This document shows, piece after piece, positions 58,841 through 64,000 of a DNA stretch of 64,000 nucleotides. Position numbers and translations under genes: made by a program. Position 1 is the first letter of the stretch; every line of letters begins with the position of its first letter. The notes below the pieces were generated by a model. That model worked only from the letters and a program-made list of their open reading frames with translations, had not been told where the DNA came from and searched no databases. This stretch comes from Cenarchaeum sp. (GTDB lineage Archaea; Thermoproteota; Nitrososphaeria; Nitrososphaerales; Nitrosopumilaceae), in assembly GCA_965242695.1 (NCBI GenBank), contig CBDESU010000001.1:1952001-2016000 (forward strand), written 5' to 3'.

Positions 58841-59805
58841 TGGACAGTATTGATGCAACGAACGCAGAAATGCGCGCGTACGAGTTCACAGTCGAGGCGA
58901 TGATCTGCCTTGAAAGATCCTTCAAGGACATCGCCGGCGCAAGGTTCCGCCAGGGCCCGAGGATGCGCACGGTGAGTGGCGTGACAGTCACTCCAGACAT
59001 GACCCTCGAGGTGGCAGGAGGGCGGGGCAGTGCAGGATACCGCGCAGTGGGCGAGATCAAGTCGTCGTTCCCGCTACACAAGACGGCTGTCGATCAGATG
59101 GTCAGGCAGGTGCGGCACTACGACGGCGAGCTTGTCGGATGGGAACACGAGGCGCCGCACGGCGGCGGCGGTGGCGGCGGCGACGATCATGACACCATAA
59201 TAGTGGTAAGATCCAAGGATGCTCACGTCTTTGCCACCAGAATCCCCGCCGCTCTCATGGAGAGGGGCATAGATCTAGAAAACCCGCTCTCGATTCTGGA
59301 GATCATACGCAAGGAAAACAATGACGGGGTCGATCAAGTTGTTTTAAAGGGATCGTTTGGGGCGTTGTCTCACAAAAAAGCCCACGATGATCTTGGAAAG
59401 GGATGGTCGATCGATGCGAGAAATTTGACAAGCGAGGTTGACAAAACAAAATTTTACGACTCAAGGCCGCCTCTGCCGTATATTATGTCCGTACTATGGA
59501 CCCGAGTGTTTTTCAACCTGGTGCATGGCAAAAAGCGCAAAAGGCTTCGCATGAGCGCGGAAGTCTCCATCGATGTCGGGGTCGACAGGATACACCTCAT
59601 CGCCTCGAAGCTTGGGCCTTCGTCAAACCCGGGGTGTGTCAAGCGGGCGTGGATAAAGGATGCAATGGAAGAACTTGTGAGAGTCGGCCTTGCGGAAAAG
59701 TTAGGCGGAGACAAATACAGGGTATATTACTCGATGCGCGAATCTCAGCCGCTGGAATGGCTCGCGGGGCTGACCGCATCAAAGACGGGCAGTGCGGGAA
59801 CATAG
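58840..59805 (+). CDS. PD-(D/E)xK-like protein with a possible C-terminal winged helix
   Basis: VTPDMTLEV...VGEIKSS...Q...Y; C-terminal WIKDAMEELVRVGLAEK. Confidence 0.6.
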   Translation: MDSIDATNAEMRAYEFTVEAMICLERSFKDIAGARFRQGPRMRTVSGVTVTPDMTLEVAGGRGSAGYRAVGEIKSSFPLHKTAVDQMVRQVRHYDGELVGWEHEAPHGGGGGGGDDHDTIIVVRSKDAHVFATRIPAALMERGIDLENPLSILEIIRKENNDGVDQVVLKGSFGALSHKKAHDDLGKGWSIDARNLTSEVDKTKFYDSRPPLPYIMSVLWTRVFFNLVHGKKRKRLRMSAEVSIDVGVDRIHLIASKLGPSSNPGCVKRAWIKDAMEELVRVGLAEKLGGDKYRVYYSMRESQPLEWLAGLTASKTGSAGT

Positions 59806-60078
59806 GTGCTGAGCGCGAGCACGTCGAAAGGCTCGCCGCCGCGAAAGCTCGGTCCCGCCAATCCCGGGCGGTAGCGGCGGGGCGCCGGCGGATTTTCGAC
59901 ATCCAATCCATCCCCTGTCGCTCTGGGGCGATGCGGCGCATCGGCCCGAACCGCCCAAGTCGGCGCATGCGACGCCCTCCCGCCACGGCGGCGCGCCGGC
60001 CGATCGTATCGAGAGGCGGCCGGCGGGCGCGGCCGGCGGGCGGGGTAGGTTTAATTTCGGCGCGGCGCGGCCGGCGCC

Positions 60079-60813
60079 GTGGCATCCGGCGCGCAGACAC
60101 CGGCGGCGGCCGGCGCGCCGGGCGGCGGGGACAGCCAGCCCCCAAGGTACGTCGAGGTCGAGTCGATGCTCGAGTTTGCGCGGCTCGTGTGCGCGCTCGA
60201 GCGGTTCCCGCACGCATCGTTCCTGCACGATCACGGCGGCAGGCGCGTCCTGTCGGCCCAGGTCGACGTGCTCGAGGACGTGCCTGTCATCTACTACGCG
60301 CCGCTCGGGGAGGAAGAGGGGGGCGCGGGCGAAAACTACCTGTCGTACGCGGCGCGCGGCGGCCGCGAGGAGGCGCGCATGGTCGGGTCGGCCGGCGATG
60401 CGAGCATCGCGTACTCGCCCATAGTCCGCGTAAGGTCGCTGCCGGCAAGCCTCAGGCCCGGCGCGGGCGGCCCCGGCCCGCTGTACCACCCCGTCGCGCT
60501 CGAGGACATGGCGAGCCTCGCAAGGCTGTCGTACGCGTTCGAAGAGTCGCCGTTCCCGCTGTTTGCGTACCCGCGCGGCGAAGAGTGGCTCGTCGGCATG
60601 TTCATGACGCTCAGCGAGAGCGGCGCGTCGTACTTTTGCCACGCGCGCGCCGGCGGGGACGGCGGCGGGCCGTCGGCCCCGTTCCTACGCTTCTCGGCTA
60701 GCAGCGGCGCGGCGCCGTCGTTTGTCGGGACGCCCGACGAGCACGGGTACAACTACGCAAAGGTGATAAGGCTGCGCGGGGCGCATCCGCTAGTCGACGA
60801 TGCGCAGCTATAG
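60079..60813 (+). CDS. Hypothetical protein
   Basis: Two similar halves (SMLEFARL / DMASLARL); overlaps pyrF. Confidence 0.75.
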   Translation: MASGAQTPAAAGAPGGGDSQPPRYVEVESMLEFARLVCALERFPHASFLHDHGGRRVLSAQVDVLEDVPVIYYAPLGEEEGGAGENYLSYAARGGREEARMVGSAGDASIAYSPIVRVRSLPASLRPGAGGPGPLYHPVALEDMASLARLSYAFEESPFPLFAYPRGEEWLVGMFMTLSESGASYFCHARAGGDGGGPSAPFLRFSASSGAAPSFVGTPDEHGYNYAKVIRLRGAHPLVDDAQL

Positions 60814-61561
60814 GGACAGGATCGAGGAGGCGGCGCGGCGCGCCGGCCCCCTCGTCGTGGCGCTCGACGTTCCGGCCAGGTCGCCGCGCCCGGCAGGGGC
60901 GGCAGCCAGGGCCGCAGAGGCCGTGGGCGGGGCCGCCTGCGCCGTAAAGATCAACTTCCACCTGCTGCTCCGGCTCGGCCCCGCCGAGGTGTCGGGGCTG
61001 TGCTCGGCGGCGCGGCGCGCCGGCATGCTCTGCATCGCAGACATCAAGCTCAACGACATCGGCAGCACGAACGAGGCGGCATGCTCGGCCCTGTGGTCGA
61101 TGGGGTTTGACGCCGTCATCGCAAACCCGATCATGGGGCGCGATGCGCTCGGCTCCCTCGCGCGGTCGGCCCGCGCGCGCGGGCGCGGCGTGATCGCGCT
61201 GTGCCACATGAGCGCGCCCGAGGCCAGGGAGTCGTACGAGGCGCACGTCGGAGCCGGCCCCCGCTCGGAGCCGGCCGAGCCGCTGCACCGCAGGTTCCTG
61301 CGGTGGGCCGGCGAGGCCGGCGCCGACGGGGTCGTCGTCGGGGCCACGTTCCCGCGCATCATATCCGAGTGCGCGCGGCGCGAGCCCCGCCTGAGCGTGT
61401 ACTCGCCTGGGGTCGGCGCGCAGGGCGCCGATGCGGCCGAGACTGCGCGGGCCGGCGCGTCGTACGTCATTGTCGGGCGATCCATCGTGGGGTCGCGCAG
61501 CCCCGGGGCTGCCGCCAGGCGCGTCGCCGCGTCGCTGCGGGCGGCGCGGCCGGATCCCTAG
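60800..61561 (+). CDS. pyrF: Orotidine 5'-phosphate decarboxylase
   Basis: VVALD, IADIKLNDIGST, SPGVGAQG, IVGRSI. Confidence 0.94.
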   Translation: MRSYRDRIEEAARRAGPLVVALDVPARSPRPAGAAARAAEAVGGAACAVKINFHLLLRLGPAEVSGLCSAARRAGMLCIADIKLNDIGSTNEAACSALWSMGFDAVIANPIMGRDALGSLARSARARGRGVIALCHMSAPEARESYEAHVGAGPRSEPAEPLHRRFLRWAGEAGADGVVVGATFPRIISECARREPRLSVYSPGVGAQGADAAETARAGASYVIVGRSIVGSRSPGAAARRVAASLRAARPDP

Positions 61562-61723
61562 CCGAATGGGCGGCGCGGCAGCCTAGGGATGCGCTGCGCC
61601 CGGCGCGCCCCGCCAGGCGAAAGGCGCAGGCTGGGTCGCGGGCGCGGCCCAGGCGCCTCGGACGGCATGCGTATATTGGGCATGCGGGCCGCTCCGCCCA
61701 GGATCTGCCCTTGAGCAGTCCTA

Positions 61724-63176
61724 TTGTTCACGTCATAAAGATTTGACTTATTTTACCCAAACTATTTGACGCGGTCAGGGTCTGCAAACAGTGGGATGTA
61801 TTTTTTGGGCGACTTCGGTACCGGTTGATCGCCGTATTTGCGGATTATATAATTCAACGCTCCTTCTTTACCATGTCGATTTTTTCTTCGCTTTATGTTT
61901 CGCCTGTATGCATACGGACTTCTCAATAGATATTTCCAAAGGTTGAGGCGAGGGTTTAACATAGTGTTAAGGTATCTTAGTGTCTTCCGCCTCTTTTTTG
62001 TAATACTTGAAAAATATTCATCATAGAACTCGGCAAGCTTGGTTTGGCGCCAATTTGCCTCCTGTAGACTCAAGTATGACGACCCCGGTGGAAGATAAAA
62101 TATGATTATCATGTTTTCCATCTTGTCAATGAAATCCTTTAGTTTCTTGGACTTGTGCCATCCTGCGTTGTCAGAGATCACCACGATTGGGCCGAATTCT
62201 TCGACCGCTTTTTTCAAAAGCTTGATGACACCATCAGTGTTGGCTGCGTCGTACATAACGTTGCAATGCCGAGCAACGCCATTTTTGTCGGGCTCGGTGG
62301 TCAGTCCCAGTGCGACACACTTGGAACCCTCTCCAATGTAGGGCACCTTGACGGCCTCGCCCGGGGGCGACCAGTAGATCAGCTTGCCGTTCGCGTCTTG
62401 GTATACTATCATCTCGTCCTCGATCACCACTAGATAACCCTCTTTTTTGAGCGCCAAAATCTGGGGTAGGACCACTTTGCGCCAGTAGTAGACCTCGTGC
62501 GGTTCGGGCGATCCAACGTGTGCCTTCTCTGCCTTCTTTCCGGTCAGGCCTTCCTCGTGCAGTATGCGCAGGGCCTGCCTTTTGGACATTCTTAACTTGC
62601 ACAGTTTGTACATTTCAGTGATAAGCTTGCGGGGGGTAATACGACCGCCGTTTTTCTTGATATTTTTGATCGCCTTTTTGACCAGTTTGCGATCATAAAC
62701 GTGCGGTCGTCCCTGCCCGCCCTTATCGTACAGCCCGTTGACCCCCTTCAAGGTGAATCTTTTCATGTAATTTCTGACCGAACCTGTGGATACGCTTAGC
62801 TCTTCCGCGGTCATTTTGCAGGCCTTTGTTTTTTTCATTTTTGATTTTTTGATCTTTACGCGAACAGAATTAACAACTAGCATTCTTTTTAGAGCCCTTG
62901 GATCTTTCTCCACCTTGATTGCTCTTTGGAGATTTCCTAACCTCATTGCCCGCCGACGCTCAGCGGGGTCTATTATATCTAGGCCTGCGTCCAAATGCCT
63001 AGAATGAAAAATTGAGTATCAGCTTTTTAGTATAAATGATTAAAATCTATGGAATCAATTGATATCAAATCAAGTCCTGGGTGGAGTGTATGCAACCACA
63101 TCGTCTGCAATCGATCGTTAATGGTTGATGGTTGGCTTGCTTCACAATTAGTGTCAAAACTTTATGTCCTAAACAA
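61724..63176. mobile_element. IS630/Tc1-family insertion sequence with TA target duplication
   Basis: Imperfect 24-bp TIRs TTGTTCACGTCATAAAGATTTGAC / TTGTTTAGGACATAAAGTTTTGAC; TA at 61722-23 and 63177-78; AT-rich. Confidence 0.9.
61762..62994 (-). CDS. IS630-family transposase
   Basis: N-terminal HTH; DDE triad IEDE / SDNAGWH / LPPGSSYLSLQE. Confidence 0.9.
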   Translation of the reverse strand: MDAGLDIIDPAERRRAMRLGNLQRAIKVEKDPRALKRMLVVNSVRVKIKKSKMKKTKACKMTAEELSVSTGSVRNYMKRFTLKGVNGLYDKGGQGRPHVYDRKLVKKAIKNIKKNGGRITPRKLITEMYKLCKLRMSKRQALRILHEEGLTGKKAEKAHVGSPEPHEVYYWRKVVLPQILALKKEGYLVVIEDEMIVYQDANGKLIYWSPPGEAVKVPYIGEGSKCVALGLTTEPDKNGVARHCNVMYDAANTDGVIKLLKKAVEEFGPIVVISDNAGWHKSKKLKDFIDKMENMIIIFYLPPGSSYLSLQEANWRQTKLAEFYDEYFSSITKKRRKTLRYLNTMLNPRLNLWKYLLRSPYAYRRNIKRRKNRHGKEGALNYIIRKYGDQPVPKSPKKYIPLFADPDRVK

Positions 63177-63231
63177 TAGGAGGGGCGGGGTCCGCGGATT
63201 CGCGGAATCGTCCCTCCGCCCTAGCAACACG
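63177..63231 (-). ncRNA. Candidate structured RNA element, copy A (remainder displaced to 61700..61723 by the IS630)
   Basis: Rejoining the IS flanks gives a sequence collinear with 63565..63641. Confidence 0.45.
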
Positions 63232-63564
63232 TGTGCAGAGCTCCGGCCATGGTAGTGATCCCTCCGCCAGAGATGCGGCTGACGACCGCTGTGCCGGACA
63301 AGAGGGCGCGCCGGTGCCAGCTGCAGGAAGGGTGAGGCGGCGTGTAGCGAGGTAGGCGGCAATATCCAGCGCCATCTCCCCTACAGACGTGTTGTTCTCT
63401 TGGAGAGGCCCCATGCGGCCGACCGGTGTGCCGCGTGCGCCAGCGGCTGTGCAACACGTAGCGGATCCTACCCCCAGGTGTGAAAAAATGTTGACCAAGC
63501 CACAGTACAGGTCAAGATTTCATGCCCAACATGCATTATATAGGGCCTCTAACCGCCTCCTCTT

Positions 63565-63641
63565 AGGATCTGCCCTTGAGCAGTCCTAGGGGGGACGGGG
63601 TCCGCGGGTTCGTGTAACCGTCTCCCCGCTCTATCAACACG
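63565..63641 (-). ncRNA. Candidate structured RNA element, copy B, downstream of the DUF3800-like gene
   Basis: Hairpins GGTT-ACACG-AACC and AGGA-CTGCTC-AA-GGGCAG-A-TCCT; compensatory change relative to copy A; strand assumed. Confidence 0.45.
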
Positions 63642-63794
63642 CTTTCAAGTCCTGCGCAGCATGTGTCGGGGTGAGGGGGACATCCTTGCAACGACACTAC
63701 ATGCCTTTGGCCACATGGCCCACGTAACCTCGATGTGCACAGGTGCAATCTGGCAGTCACACTGCCTTTCCACACCCCCGCATCTGACACGGTG

Positions 63795-64000
63795 CTAGCG
63801 CACCTCGGCATAGCCATAGGTATTGTGTTCTAGGCGCTCGTTCCAACCGGAGAATACGGCGTCCCCTTTCTCACGCTTGTGGACCATATATCCTATCACG
63901 TCTGCCAGCTGAATTACTGGTTCGAGCCGCGAGTCCCTGAAGAACACACCGTCAAGGACAGGAGAGCGGTGTCCCCCTGTGCCGTACCTTCGCGCTGTCC
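63795..64000 (-). CDS. DUF3800-like protein, C-terminal fragment (5' part outside the window)
   Basis: Hand translation VLDGVFFRDSRLEPVIQLADVIGYMVHK...YAEVR*; the F.DS....IQLAD motif is typical of DUF3800. Confidence 0.7.
   Translation of the reverse strand, partial: TARRYGTGGHRSPVLDGVFFRDSRLEPVIQLADVIGYMVHKREKGDAVFSGWNERLEHNTYGYAEVR

Noticed and set aside
63565-63800. Possible group II intron remnant (GTGCG on the minus strand)
   Set aside because: The GTGCG lies within the coding sequence; no domain V consensus and no RT gene

Overview
High-GC archaeal chromosome segment. Gene content (L40e, archaeal IleRS, TruD, tandem Tmk pair, CFI-box-CTERM protein, BHB-intron tRNA) points to a Nitrosopumilaceae/Cenarchaeum-like Nitrososphaerota, possibly host-associated (inference). 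The housekeeping backbone comprises sufB-sufD-Rieske-sufS-sufU, hemL-hemC-cobA-hemD, phoU-arsC-aquaporin, tmk x2, pepF, tRNA-Val(CAC), rpl40e, sucCD, ileS, purD, folD, aroA, adh, truD and pyrF. Accessory DNA is interspersed: (1) an AT-rich type III Mod-like DNA methyltransferase with an in-frame G22 tract, running off the left edge; (2) three copies of an uncharacterised translationally coupled cassette (about 130-aa helical protein ending in GG-X plus about 380-aa HExxH peptidase-like protein), one intact, one internally deleted and one frameshifted; (3) two divergent two-gene cassettes pairing an unknown protein with a PD-(D/E)xK-like protein; (4) an orphan beta-class methyltransferase and two orphan antitoxin-like fusions; (5) a roughly 3300-aa mosaic surface protein; (6) a SemiSWEET-HATPase fusion; (7) at the right edge, a partial DUF3800-like gene followed by two copies of a structured non-coding element, one split by an IS630 at a TA site. 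All calls come from reading motifs by eye; no database searches were run. Most overlapping ORFs in the track are GC-rich shadow frames.
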